A DNA stretch of 64,000 bases from Eledone cirrhosa. Lineage: Eukaryota. The first letter of the stretch is position 1, and each line of letters begins with the position of its first letter. Below are positions 36,810 to 50,311 of the stretch, one piece after another. The stretch is taken from the NCBI GenBank assembly GCA_964016885.1, contig OZ024741.1, positions 191,456,001-191,520,000 on the forward strand, in the 5' to 3' direction. The notes beneath the pieces are model-generated. The model worked only from the letters and a program-made list of their open reading frames with translations. It did not search any database and had not been told where the DNA came from. The translations under genes were made by a program, and so were the position numbers.

Positions 36810-37157
36810 TAAACAGAAATAACAACACAATCGGTACAGTATATGGAAGGTATATATTAGGTTAACGCTTGATATAGCAAGAAGAGGGTCTTAACGTTTT
36901 GGTCGTAACGGTTCAGAAGAAAGAATGAGAAATAAAATAGATTGAGGGGACGGGTGGGATGGAATTGGAAAAAATGTCTTTAGATAAAAATAACAGGTCC
37001 ATTCATGTTGACATCTCTTGCAAAACTGTGGTGTTGGCGTTTTGTGTATGATTTGTTTTTTAGAAAAGTGGATGATGGCGCGCGTCTACCTGAAATGGAA
37101 AAAAAACTGTTTTGTAAAAAGAGCTATACTTGAGCATGTGCGTAAGCATGAGTTTGT

Positions 37158-37199
<42 letters not shown>

Positions 37200-39710
37200 G
37201 TGTGTTATTATAGGTCCGTACGAAGCTAAGAAGAGATGTGTGTGTACATGTGAGTAAAAGAGTGTGTGTGCATGTAAGTACGAAGCTATGAGCAAAAGTA
37301 TGTTAATATAAGGGTGTGTATCGGCATGTATTAGTAGTAAGAGAAGCTGCTAAGGATCAAGAGAAAGCGATAGGAATCTAGGGGTGTGATAATGGACGGG
37401 GTATTAGAGAAATTGGGGAGGTGAGTTGAGTCCAAGAGGGGAATAGGACCCAAGGCGGTGAATCAGACTTTGTTCAGTCCTGGTGCGCGAGGCCTGTGAT
37501 CCATGATGTAAAAGGACACCCAGGACTGAAACATGTAGGGAAGAATGACCAGGAGAACAGAAATGACAGGCGACAGGAGTATCCAAACCGAGTCGTATGC
37601 CCCTCAAATGTTCGGCAAAACGTTCCGCCATACGGCGTCCCGTTTGTCCGATATATAAAGACTCGTAAAGGGAACGCTGGAGGGCATAGACAACGTGGGT
37701 GGATGTGCAGGTGAAGGAATGGTGGATACGGAAAGACCTGTTAGGGCCTGTAAGAGTGGTGAGGGTGGAAATAAAGGGACAAGTGTTGCAGCGGGAAGGG
37801 GAACAAGGATGAGAACCGGGTGGAGTCGTGGGAGAGGACGAAAAAGAACTGCAAACCAGGAGGTCGCGGAGGTTTCGGGCGTGCTTAAAAGTAATAATCG
37901 GTGGGTTTGGAAAAAAGCAAGAAGTGACGGGGGTCAGAAGAGAGGATACGGAAGGAACGGAAGATATGTCGCTGGAGTGGTAGGGTGATGGGGTGGTAGG
38001 TGAGAGGGAAAGGAACACAGGTGTTGGGAGGGCGGGGGTGAGGTGAGAGGGCTGTGGTGCGGTCTGTTTCATGGGTGCTAGTGAGAGCAGCTTGGATCAA
38101 GGTGGGGGGATATCCACGCTGGATGAAGTAGGAAGCCATGCGAAGGGGATGGGTTTCGAAATCGTCGTCCTGGCTACAGAGCCGACGAAGACGAAGTAAT
38201 TGGGAATAGGGTATGGAGTGTTTGGTGTGGGTTGGATGGGAGGAAGTGAAGTCGAGGTAAGAGTGGGAGTCTGTTGGTTTAATGTAGATGGAAGTAGAGA
38301 GGGTGTGGAGAGAGTGATCAATAGATAAAGAGAGATCTAGAAAAGGGACAGAAGAATCGGAGACGGAGGCGGTGAAATTGAGAGCAGGATAGAAAGATTG
38401 GACAAAAGAAAGAAAACAGTCGAGCTGTTCTCGTGATAGAGAGGTGGCGCCGATACAGTCGTCGATATAACGACCGTATAGCTCAGGAGTCGCTCCAGCG
38501 TACTGGGAGAAGATCTGGGTTTCGACGTAGCCAACAAACAAGTTGGCATAGTTTGGACCCATTCTGGTTCCCATCGCTACCCCCAGAGACCTGATGATAA
38601 AATTCACCTGAAAAAGAAAAGCCATTGAGGGTGAGAACAAGCTCAGTCAGACGGAGAAGAATGATAGTGCTGGGGTAAGGGGTAGGGCGTAAATCTAAAA
38701 AATGTTGGAGAGCGCGGAGGCCGTCATCATGAGGGATGACAGTATAGAGTGAAGTGATGTCCAGGGTAAAGAGAAGGTGGGAGGGACCAGGAGGGAAGGA
38801 GAAAGAGTTGAAAAGTCTAAAGGCATGATTTGTATCCTGGATGTGGGAGGGGAGATTGCTGACCAACGGGGTGAGGATGGTGTCTAAATATTTAGAAATT
38901 ATCTCGGTGGGGCAGTTTCACGCAGAAACAATAGGACGCCCGGGATTATTTTGTTTGTGTATTTTGAGGAGAAAGTAGATGGTGGGTGTGCAAGGGGTGC
39001 GTACAATACAGTTGGTGGCTGTGGGGGGTAAGTGAGAGGAGAAGATGAACTCGTGGATGGTGGAGGACATGAGTTGTTGGTAGCCAGGAGTGGGATCGGA
39101 GGATAAAGGGCAGTAAAAAAGGGTATTATGAAGCTGGCGGAGAGCCTCAGCCCTATAGAGGTCAGCGCTCCAAACCACCACAGCGCCACCTTTGTCAGCG
39201 GGTTTGATGACAATGTCATCACGACACCGAAGGTTGCGAAGAGCAGAGAGCTCAGTTCGCGTGATGTTAGAGCGACGAGAATGCTGGTGGAAACGGGACC
39301 GATTCACAGTACGCCGGCAAGTATCGACAAAGGAGTCTAGATTGCTGAACTGGCCAGAGCTCAGCGTCCAATGTGATTGCCGGCGACTGAGGCGAGTGAA
39401 GTCATCCGTCTGTGTTGATGATGGCGTGTCGTGAAAAAAAGCTCTCAGCTTTCGACGGAAGAACCCTTCAGTCTCGGCACGTGTGTGGAACTCGTTGCAG
39501 GTAGATGTGGTTGGTATAAAATGCAAACCACGGGTGAGGAGGGGACGCTCAGCTTCGGAGAGTGGTAGGTCCTGGGGTATGGTAACTACAGTGCAGGGAT
39601 GTGAGGGAGTGAAAGAGGCGGAAGCGGGGGGGTCAAGGTGGTTGGGTAAATCGTGTGCAGATACAGTGGTAGGTGATGGGATAGAGAGGTTAGGGCTGGA
39701 GGTGATATGA
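36810..39710 (-). mobile_element. PLE with RT, Cys motif and C-terminal GIY-YIG endonuclease (Neptune-like)
   Basis: IKPADKGGAVVVW, GRPIVS, TLDITSLYT, GVAMGTRMGPNYANLF, RYIDD, VPFLD, HPCSPSRCNTCPF, VVYAL..LYIGQTGR..ERFAEH, PLGLN. A decayed HHR-like terminal motif lies at about 36885-36925. Confidence 0.92.
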
Positions 39711-39744
<34 letters not shown>

Positions 39745-39749
<5 letters not shown>

Positions 39750-40297
39750 CAAATCTCAGACTGTCACCCTCAATGTTGGCACCCTGAAAGGTAAATCAGG
39801 TGAAATTTTGGAACTGTTAAAGAGAAGAGAAGTAGATATTTGCTATGTACAAGAAGTGAGATGAAGGGGTGCCTCAGTGACACATACAAACTTTACCTGG
39901 GTAGGAACTGACGATGGGGTAAGTGGTGTAGGCATTCTAGTCGCTGAGAAATGGATAGATTAGTTGATAGAGGTAGTTTGAGTAAGAGACAGGATGGATT
40001 CACTGGAGTTCATGGCAGCTATGGTTATGTTTCAAATGAAGAGGGAGTGAGACTCCTGGAAATCCGTGATGCTCCTGGAATTCTGTGATGCAAATGAACT
40101 AACCATTTGCAACAGAAATTGTTTACTTGTAAGACAAGATAAAGGAACTGTAATAAATGCTAAGGCCTTCCCTGAGGAAGAATGTGCCACCCAACACAAG
40201 TTAGTTATTAGTGACATCAGGATGAACACAAGATGGAACAAAATATGTAGGAAAACATTTCAACGAAATACCTACACACACACACACACACATACCT

Positions 40298-40333
<36 letters not shown>

Positions 40334-41835
40334 TGGGGCAGCAGTATTTTCATAAATTGCTACAAAGGTAATGGGGATGCTCTGGAGAGGAGCAATTATA
40401 GGGGCATAAAACTGATGGATCAGGTCATGAAAGTGGCAGAAAGGATATTAGCACAACTAATTAGAGAAAGGGTGGAACTAGATGAGATGCAGTTTGGTTT
40501 TGTGCCTGGGAAAAGCACAACGGATGCCCTCTTCTTAGTGAGACAATTACAAGAGAGGTTCTTAGAGAAGAATAAGCCACTGTACTTAGCTCTTGTTGAC
40601 CTAGAGAAGGTTTTTGATAGGGTACCCCGATCTGTCATCTGGTGGTCCCTAAGGAAGCTGGGTGTTGAGGAATGGCTTGTGAGGACAGTGCAAGTTTTGT
40701 ACAGAGGTGCTGTCATTAAAGTGAGGGTAGGAATGGAGTTTAGTGAGGAATTCCAGATACAAGTAGGAGTACATCAGAGTTCGGTCCTCAGCCCGCTCTT
40801 GTTCATTATAGTCCTCCAAGCCATAACAAAGGAATTTAAGACTGGCTGTCCATGGGAACTTCTCTATACTGACGATCTGGCTCTTATAGCAGAATCAGTA
40901 GAGGAGCTGGAGAATAGATTCTGGCTATGGAAACAGCAGCTGGAATCAAGAGGACTGAGACTGAACCTAGCTAAGACAAAAGTGTTGATGAGTAGAAAAG
41001 AGGATAAAACTCTATTCCGCCAGGGAAATGGCCATGTTCGATATGCAGAAAAGGAACTGCCATAAATTCTATAAAATGCACACAATGCAGATCTTGGGTA
41101 CACAAGAGATGTAGGCAAACTAACGGGTAGGGAGAAATACGTATGCAGTAGATTACAGGGAAATTTGACAGTAGAAGTCACATTGATAGACACATTTTTC
41201 AAATGCAGGTAGGTGCTATAGAAGTGGTTGATAGCTTCTGGTACCTAGGTGATCAGATTAGCATGGGAGGGGGTGTTCCGAGGCCATAGTATCTAGAATA
41301 AGGATGGCTTGGAAGAAGTTTAGGGAGCTGCTTCCTCTGCTGACGAAGAAGGGTTTCTCCCTGCGTACGAAAGGCCGGTTATATGATGCCTGTGTGAGGT
41401 GCGCGATGCTGCATGGTAGTGAGATATGGGCAGCAACTGCAGAGGATATGCGATGGCTGGAGAGAAATGAGGCAAGCATGCTCTATTGGATGTGCAATGT
41501 CAATGTGCGTGAACGGCCGACCATGGATGTGTTGAGAGAAAACTGTGTCTGAGGGGGATAAATTGGTGTGTGCGGGAGAGGAGACTGCGATGGTATGGAC
41601 ATGTAGTGTGCATAGAGGATGACCGATGGGTGAAGAAGTGCCAAGAAATGCCAGTTGAAGGAAGACGTAGTAGAGGAAGACCACGAAAAACATGGGCGGA
41701 GGTGGTGAGAACAGACCTCAGATCGCTGAAGCTCACGGTGGAGATGACGAAGGACTGTGACAAGTGGAGAGATGCTGTGCTGAATAGGACCCGTCCCACC
41801 CTTGCAAGCATGGAAAAGCAGATGTAAAATGATGA
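39745..41835 (+). mobile_element. RTE LINE (family A): deleted endonuclease part (39745-40250) and RT to 3' end (40335-41835)
   Basis: TLNVGTLKGKSGE..CYVQE, LEFCDANELTICN, QFGFVPGKSTTDA, LLYTDD, MLHGSE, RLRWYGHV, then a gatgat tail. Confidence 0.9.
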
Positions 41836-41938
41836 TATATACATATACACACACATACATATATATATACATACCCATATACACATTTACACATATATAT
41901 ATACATATATATATCCACATACACATATATGTTTATAT

Positions 41939-41969
<31 letters not shown>

Positions 41970-41972
41970 ATG

Positions 41973-42061
<89 letters not shown>

Positions 42062-42163
42062 GTGTGTGTGTGTGTGTATCCCAGATTCAATCAAGGGTAA
42101 TCACAGTAAGTAAGCTAATCAATATATAGCAGAGTATAAATATTTATATTAAATATATATATA

Positions 42164-42200
<37 letters not shown>

Positions 42201-42599
42201 ATATAATTCCCTTTTTGGCATATTAATCAGTGAGAATCTGGCTATCGTGTTGAGCTCTGCTGATGATCGTATTCCAACCGTGACCATCTCCACTGAAAGT
42301 TTACGTGAAATAGTCTTTTTCAAGACTATACAGACCATTTGTGGTTGTCCCAAATTGAAGGATGAGTATTTTAAACTTTATTTTATCATGAGTTAAGGCT
42401 CTATTGATTTTTCCCTGGATTTCACTAAATTCTGTTGGATAAATCTATATCCTGATTCTTTTTGAATTGAGTTTGAATTATTTTTCCCACATCTTACGTT
42501 AACTATTTTCCCATGTTGACGCTATAGTCACTTATATATTATGGAATACTGTTGGCTTCTTGCTACAATACTTTCTATACCTTTCATTTATATATATAT

Positions 42600-43010
42600 A
42601 TATGGCAGGTAAAATTGACGAGAACCATGGACGAGCTCTCTCCACCGGTCTCTGTCCCTCATCATCGCTGACATGTCCTGCGTCCAAGAGACCAGTGTCT
42701 GTCCTTAGGGCATCAACATATTTCAATCTCGGTCTCCCTCTTCCAGTTTGCCCATGCACGGGCTCCCACAGGAGCACTGAGTGCAATGTCAACTCTGGAT
42801 GTCGGTCAGCATGTCCAGCTAAGCTCAGTCTCCTCTGTGTTACTCTCGAGCTGACTTTTGGGAGGCTCCCGTACAGCTCTGAGTTCTTCATCCTCAGTGT
42901 ATACTGATTAATGTTCAGAGCCATCCTCAGCATTCTCATGTAGCACCCATCCACTATCTGAGTGAGTTTCTTGATCAGTGTTGAAGTCTCAGACCCGTAC
43001 AGCAGCACAA
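42600..43010 (-). mobile_element. RTE-like LINE 3' fragment (third family) between (TA)n tracts
   Basis: LLYGSET..GCYMRMLRMALNI..RRLSLAGH..GRGRPRLKY. Confidence 0.8.
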
Positions 43011-43202
43011 TATATATATATATTTGTTTTGCAAGTTTTTTTTATATTAAATCGTGTGTCGAAACAAATATTGTTATAATATTTCCAGAAATAACAATAG
43101 AACACACTCACTGTTTGGTTTGGGTTGGCTTTCGCTTCTGTATCTTTTATATCTCCATTGTTAATTTATTTGGCAACAGTTAAAAATACAGATATAAATA
43201 TA

Positions 43203-43260
43203 TGGTGCCCCAGCATGGCCTCAGCCGGATGGCTGAAACAGGTAAAAGGGTAAAAGAGTA
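43203..43260 (+). mobile_element. 3' tip of a SINE
   Basis: ggtgccccagcatggcc.cag...tggctgaaacaggtaaaagggtaaaagag. I recall this as a common octopus SINE tail but have not verified it. Confidence 0.45.
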
Positions 43261-43272
43261 TATAGTCTATGA

Positions 43273-43310
43273 AAGTTCTTTCGTCTCAAATCTGTGACAT
43301 CATCAGTGGT
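43273..43310 (-). ncRNA. Hammerhead ribozyme motif with intact core but no stem I 3' strand
   Basis: ACCA-CUGAUGA-U-GUCACA-GAUU-UGAGAC-GAAA-GAA-CUU. Confidence 0.55.
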
Positions 43311-43364
43311 ATTATTATGTTTCCTCCCGTAGTATTGTAAAGCCTATGTCATTTTTATTTTATT

Positions 43365-43407
<43 letters not shown>

Positions 43408-43830
43408 TATTTCCCTTAGGTCAGTATTGTTTGTTTGGGTATGGTTGTTGTTGTTCTTCCATTCGTTCTTTCTGTTTAATTTTGGCTTTCTTAGTTCTAT
43501 CTGAGTTGCTTCTCTGATTTGCCTACCTGTTGAGTCATTTCTATGCTTAGATATTATTTTAATTTCTATGTTGTCTATATTACCATCATGTCTTTGTCTG
43601 GCGTGTTCATATAGTACTGAACCGTTTTTTTGTCCTTTTAGTTCCCCCCAGTGTTGGTCTATTCTTTCTCCTATGCTTCGAGCTGTCTCACCTATGTATT
43701 GTCATGTTTCTGCATGTACGCTCTCTACATCTTATGCTATAAACTACATTTGTGGTTTTACAATTTATCTGGGGGTTCATTCTACATATAACACATTTCT
43801 TATTCGTATATTGGGTTTTCTTAAAGGGGT
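43273..43830 (-). mobile_element. PLE 3' fragment: GIY-YIG remnant plus terminal hammerhead motif
   Basis: Minus strand reads VVYSIRCRE..QYIGETARSIGERIDQH (about 43650-43750). An HHR core lies at 43273-43310. Confidence 0.7.
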
Positions 43831-44299
43831 GTGTATGTTTATTTGTTTATGTATAAGTATATGAATACGTGCTTATGTATTTACATGTGGTTTGTATGTT
43901 TTTATGTAGGTTTTGGTAGGTGTTTATCTCATATATGGGGGAGTACGTATATTTATGTATTTTCGTCTTTAAAGTCTATATTTCTTCCTTCTTTTCTTTT
44001 ATAATACTTTTTATCAACTTTTGTTAAATTTATATTTATCTTTTTTTAATTTATAATATATATATATATTTTTTTTATAATTTTAATTCGTTTCTTTAGT
44101 AATGAGCTACATTGGTTTAACGTTATTCTTCTATAGTTAAGCATTCTAAACTTTCTATGCAATATAGCGTGGCTTCGTATTTTTTTTTAAATGTAAACAA
44201 ATCTCTGGCTGTTGGATGAAATGCATCATCGTAAGATTATAACGAGGTTTATGTATTAAATTTTTGATTTTGAAAAGTCTCGGGAGGGGATGAAACGTT

Positions 44300-46107
44300 C
44301 ATTAATCAGCAATTAACGTATTAATGTATTTGGCCTCTTTTTTAATGAATAATTTGCCTCTAGTGTAATCGTTGTTTTTTGCACAATAGGAGTTTATATA
44401 CATATCTTTTTGGGGAAATTTCTTTCAGAAGGATGGCTTATTATGATGAATAGTCAGTCTTATTGTCTTTTAAAGACCAAATTAATTGTGATAGTGAGGT
44501 TGAGAATTTGTTGTCCGATTGTTTGAAAGTATGTTTATGATTATACCAACGCTCCTTAAATTTTGAAGATGTAGCTCCTATATAATTATATAATCTATCT
44601 CTAGTTTTTATGGTGCATTTGTATACTAAATTTCTACCAAGGCAATTATTCTGTAAAGGGCATGATATGTTATTTCTGCAATTACATTTTCTTATATTAT
44701 TATTTAAAGATGCCGTATTGTTATTAATGCATAATGGTGTGGATTGGCAGTATCGGTAGAGAGTCGGACGCCATGCTTTCCAGCATAGTTACGTCCCTTT
44801 ACGGTCTGAGTTCAAATCCCGCCGAGGTTAACTTTGCCTTTCATCCTTACGGGGTCGATAAAATAAAGTACCAGTAATGTACTGGGTAATTGATGGCCTT
44901 GTACCAAAAGTAGAAACAATTATTATTAATGCATTCGCTATTATTATTATACGTAATGTTAGTAATTATATTGTTATTGTTATTTGAGTTTACTTGGGTT
45001 GAGTTTAATTTTAAATTCCTATTATTAATTCTAGCAATATTGTGGGCTATATTCATCGTAGAAGAGTAAGAGAGCTTGGCTGTATGTCCGTTAAAAATGG
45101 TGTGATACTTATGGAACTTAGGAAAACATTTATCTAGAGCCTTAAAGAATTGGTGTGGTAAAGGTGTATTAATTCCTAATGAAATTAGAGGAGAATACCA
45201 AATTATATTTCTAGTTCTGGCTTTTTTATTTGATTTATTATTTTGGTTAAATTGTTTAAATTTATTATTATTATTATAAACTTTAGGTTTAAATAAAGTA
45301 CCAGTAATGCACTGGGTAATTGCTGGCTTTGTGCCTAAAGTTGAAACAATTATTATAAAATTTAGGAGGTTGGTTTATACTATTCTTATCTATGTAGTTA
45401 ATTTTATTATTGTATCCAGCTCTGCGTCATTATAATATTCTGCTTTGTTATCAAATATATTTTTATTAGCTGAGAGTCTAGATATTCTTTGCTGGACACT
45501 ATTAACTATAGCCTTTTAAACATGTTTAGGGTGGTTAGAGTAGAAGCTAACATAGTTTAGGTTTTCATTAATCTTATGGAATGGGTAATATAGGCCACAG
45601 TTAAGGTTTAGTGTAACGTCTAAGAAATTAACAATTTTATTATCATTTTCTATTTCTAATTTAAAGCCATAATTATTAAAGAAGTCTATAATAATTTTCT
45701 TTTTTCTGCTAAGTTCACTATTGTTATGTTTATCAACTATAAATAATGCATAATCACGATATAAACCTCTGGCAATTTCCTATGTAAGGCATTAAGAATG
45801 AAGATCCAAACCAAGTCTGCTACCTGAACTGAGTCCAAAGAGCCCATGATAATATCAAAGTTCTTCGGTCTATCAGTTCTAGTCCAGAGATTGTTGCTAA
45901 ATAAATTCAATAAGAGTTTTTCATGCAGTTAATATAATGTTTATTTCTTCGCTAGATAAATCAGTATGTTTTGATGCATATATTAGTGCTTTATTAAGTA
46001 AATTTAGAGTTATTGAAGAATAGTAATTAGCTATATCCATTTGTATTATTTTTAGATTTAATGTCTACAAACCAATCTATTACTTCATTTGTACAGTTCC
46101 AAAGCTT

Positions 46108-46108
<1 letters not shown>
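44300..46108 (-). mobile_element. PLE, RT plus GIY-YIG (Naiad-like), degenerate, with SINE insertions
   Basis: Minus strand reads IQMDIANYYSSI, FDIIMGSLDS, LYRDYAL, VNFLDVTLNL, SNHPK, RNIIWYSP..FFKALDKCFP, KCNCRNNISCPLQNNCL..LVYKC..YIGATS..FKERWYNH. Confidence 0.85.
44737..44922 (+). mobile_element. SINE family A with a 12-bp target-site duplication
   Basis: ttattaatgcat at 44721-44732 and 44923-44934. Confidence 0.9.
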
Positions 46109-46157
<49 letters not shown>

Positions 46158-46159
46158 CT

Positions 46160-49123
46160 TCATTAATTTTACGTCCGATTTTCCCTGCTTGCAAAGGTGG
46201 GACGGGTCCTATTCAGCACAACATCTCTCCACTTGTCATGGTCCTTTGTCATCTCCTCCGTGAGTTTCAGAGACCTGAGGTCTGCTCTCACCACCTCCAC
46301 CCATGTTTTACGTGGTCTTCCTCTACTGCGTCTTCCTTCTACTGGGATTTCTTGGCGCTTCTTTACCCAGCGGTCATCCTCCATGCACATCACATGTCCA
46401 TACCATCTCAATCTTCTCTCCTGCACACCACAACTTAACCCTCTTATACACAGTTTCTTTCTCAACTCATCTATGCTTGGTCGTTCACACACATTGACAT
46501 TGCACATCCAATGGAGCATGCTTGCTTCATTTCTCTCCAGCTGTCGCATATCCTCTGCAGTTGTTGCCCATGTCTCACTACCATGCAGCATCGCGCATCT
46601 CACACAGGCATTATAACCGTCCTTTCATACGCAGGGAGAAACCCTTCTTTGTCAACAGAGGAAGCGGCTCCCTAAACTTCTTCCAATCCGTCCTTATTCT
46701 AGATACTATGGCCTCGGAACACCCACCTCCCATGCTAATCTGATCACCTCGGTACCGGAAGCTATCAACCACTTCTATAGAACCCACCTGCATTGGAAAA
46801 ATGTGTCTATCACTGCGATTACTACTGCCAACTTACCCTGTACATCTACTGCATACGTAGTTTTCCCTACCTGTTAGTTTGCCTGCTATCCCACTACATC
46901 TCTTGTGTACCCAAGATCTCCATTGCGTACATTTTATGGAATTTATGCCAGTTCCTTTTTTAAATATCGAACATGTCCTCTCTTTTACTTATCAACACTT
47001 TTGTCTTAGCTATGTTCACTCTCAGTCCTCTTGATTCCAACTGCTGTTTCCTTAGCCAGAATTTATTCTCTAGCTCCTCTACTGATTCTGCTATAAGAAC
47101 CAGATCATCAGCATAGAGAAGTTCCCATGGGCAGCCAGTCGTAAACTCCTCTGTTATGGCTTGAAGGACTATAATGAACAAGAGCGGGCTGAGGACGGAA
47201 CCCTGATGTACACCTACTTGTATCTGGAATTCCTCACTAAACTCCATTCCTACTCTCACTTTACTGACAGCACCCCTGTACATAGCTTGCACTGTCCTCA
47301 CAAGCCATTCCTCTACACCTAGTTTCCTTAGGGACCACCAGATGACAGATCGGGGTACCCTATCAAAGGCCTTCTATAGTGTCTTATTCTTCTCTAAGAA
47401 CCTCTTGTAGTTGCCTCACTAAGAAGAGGGCATCTGTTGTACTTTTCCGAGGCTCCAAACCAAACTGCATCTCATCTAATTTGACCCTTTCTCTAATTAG
47501 TTGTGCTAATATTCTCTCTGCCACTTTCATAACCTGATCCATCAGCTTTATGCCCCTATAATTGCTCCTCTCCAGAGCATCCCCATTACCTTTGTAGCAA
47601 TTTATGAGAATACTGCTGAACCAGTCTTTGGGTATGACACCACCATATATAGCTTGATTGGTGATGCGTGCAACCAGTTTAGTGCCTACTTTTCCTGATG
47701 CCTCAGCATCCCAGCAACTATCCCCGACGGTCCAGCAGCCTTACCATTCTTCATTTCCTTAATTGCCTCTTGTACCCTATATTCATCAATCTCAATAGCT
47801 GGTCCCTCTATCGGGGTCTACTGAGGGTAATTTCTCTCTCTCTCTCATTCGTTCTCCACATTCATCAGTCTCTCATAATGACATTTCCAGGCCTCCTTTT
47901 TTTTATCATTCGTGACACTAAGTACACCGGCATCATTCCGGACACATTTATCTCCAACAACATGCTGATTTGCACTGACACTGCCTTGCAATGTGGAACA
48001 CCGCACATCTCTGATCTTCCCATCGCAGAACATTGGCAAACCTCCTACTCTCAGCCTCCCTGCGTGCTAAGTACACCTGACATCTAGCTTCTCTCTTAGC
48101 GGTTATGTATCCTTCTCTACTCCCACCGTTTTTCCAAGCCTTCCATGCCAGTCTTTTGTCTCTAATGGCCCTATCTAGCGTGCTGTTCCACCACCAGGTC
48201 ACTCTCTGTCTGGTTGAAGCTCTGCCCCAACCACAAGTTTCTTCAGTAGCCTGCAGTAATTTCCAGTTATCATTTATGTCATAAAACTCTAAATCGTCTT
48301 CTTTTTCATCATGCCCATCTTGAAGGGCTTTGCTAAATTTATATTTTAATGAAAGGTCTTTTAGCTTCCAGACCTTTCTTTTCCACACCTTCGTATATGT
48401 CTCATTCTTTCCCTTGCTTACTGAGATGACACTAACTACTAACCTATGCTGTAAGGTACATTCTTCCCCAGAGTATGCCTTAGTATTTGACACCATCTGT
48501 CTGTCTCACTGTCTAACTAGCAGGAAGTCAATCTGGCTTATGTGCTCTCCGAATTTGTAGGTTATTAGGTGGTTGGTAGGCGTCTGGAAATTAGTGTTGC
48601 AAATGGTTAGTGCACTTGCATCACAAAATTCAAGAACCCTCATTCCTACTTCATTTCTTGAGCCATAACCGTGCTCACCATGTACCCCAGTGTATCCATC
48701 CTGCAGCTGTCCAACATGACCATTGAAGTCCCCTGCTAGCATAATGATGTCTCTGTCCTCTGTCATTGAGGCTGTTTGTAAAAATTGCTCATAAAAGCAG
48801 TCTTTCCCTTCTTTACCTAGGCCTGCCTGGGTAGCATAGGCAGAGATGATTGTCAGTAGTCTCTTGCCTACAACTAATCTAAGCTTAATTATTCTATTAC
48901 TAACTCTAACTACCTCTATTGTCTTATTGATTCATCTCTCAGCCAGTAATATGCCTATCCCACCTAACCCATCATCATTACCCACCCAGAAAAGCTTATA
49001 ACTAAAATGTTTGCCTGCGATTAATCTTGCAGAGGCACCTCTCCATCTCACCTCTTGCACACAGCACACATACACATGCCTTCTCTCCAGCATCTCCACT
49101 GTCTCACCAGATTTACCTGTTAG
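46160..49123 (-). mobile_element. RTE LINE (family A), endonuclease through 3' end, degenerate
   Basis: TIISAYA, MLAGDFNGHVG, SQIDFLLVR, QHRLVV, VTWWWN, GVHQGSVLSPLLF, LLYADD, RLRWYGHV. Confidence 0.92.
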
Positions 49124-50210
49124 GTAGAGCTGGATATAGTAATAAAATTAAATACATTGATAGTAATGATATGACAAATAACTATAATTTTAACAACTAT
49201 AATCGAAAACCTTACAATAATTCGAAAAACAAAAAAAGAAATAGAACTAGGAATATATTATGGTTCCCTCCTCCTTTCTCATTAAGTATTAAAACTCCTA
49301 TTGCTAAATTATTCTTTAAAGCTCTAGATAAATGCTTCCCTAGAACACATAGGTATTACTCAATATTTAATAGACATACTATAAAATTAACGTATTCAAC
49401 CACCAGTAATTTAGCGCAGAATATTAATAGAATTAATAATAGAAACTTAAAACCTAACCAGAATACCATTAACAACCCCAGCAATATCCAACTGAATAAT
49501 ACCGCCCATAGAAACTCAAATTTTGATAAATGTAACTGTAGAAATAAATTTAACTGTCCGTTAAATAACAATTGTTTAGTTAAAAATATAGTATATAATT
49601 GTAATGTAAAAACTAATTTAAATTCATTTAATTATGTAGGCTCTACCTCCACAGATTTTAAGGCTCGTTTTAATAACCATAAATGCTCTTTTACGAATAT
49701 AAATAAAAAATCTTCAACTTTTTTATCTAATTTACTATGGGACCTAAAATCAAAGAACACTAACTATTCTTTACTTTGGAATATTATCTCTAAAGCTCCT
49801 CCATTCAATGCTTCTTCTGAAAATTGCGCTCTTTGTATAGAGGAAATATTCTTTATATTAAAAAGTAAAAATTCTGTTAATTTAAGAAGTAATCTTTTCA
49901 GTTCTTGCAAACATAGATTGAACTCAACGTTTAAATATATATATAAATTGTAATACATAACTCATCTTTATTAAACCTATCGATAATTCATTGGATTCCT
50001 TCATATGATTGCTTATAACTATCTTAAAAGGATTTTTTCTTGAAGAACTTTTCTTGATAAACGTACTGAAAGATTTGAAGAAGGAGTTTTTTCTGAAAAT
50101 TCCTATGATAGGTACAAAGAATTCATAATTCATAATTTAAATTATAATTCATATTTCATATTTTATATTGTATATTTCGTATTTATTTATATATTTTTCA
50201 AATGCTTGAT
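49124..50210 (+). mobile_element. PLE 3' portion (Naiad-like) with an open GIY-YIG reading frame to 49953
   Basis: RNILWFPPPFS..FFKALDKCFP..IFNRHTIKLTYS, CNCRNKFNCPLNNNCLVKNIVYNC..YVGSTSTDFKARFNNH, CALCIEE..VNLRSNLFSSCKH. Confidence 0.88.
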
Positions 50211-50211
50211 G

Positions 50212-50311
<100 letters not shown>

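Noticed and set aside
41733-42129. ORFs rich in YI/CV/HT (similarly at 21115, 37018, 53993, 55799)
   Set aside because: They are translations of (TA)n and (CA)n microsatellites.
49027-49123. N-terminus of the 308-aa ORF as a novel fusion protein
   Set aside because: These codons are antisense RTE sequence that happens to be in frame with a 5'-truncated PLE.
44300-49953. The two Naiad-like fragments as arms of one inverted-repeat insertion
   Set aside because: Their overlapping regions are clearly diverged (e.g. IIWYSPLIS versus ILWFPPPFS), so they are independent insertions.
49124-49953. Selenocysteine recoding, as reported for some Naiad PLEs
   Set aside because: Conserved cysteines here use TGT/TGC, and there is no in-frame TGA.
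50070-50110. Hammerhead candidate ttgaaga-aggag-ttt-tttct-gaaa after the PLE ORF (and a similar one at about 52185-52220)
   Set aside because: Stems I and III are not supported, and chance matches are likely in AT-rich DNA.
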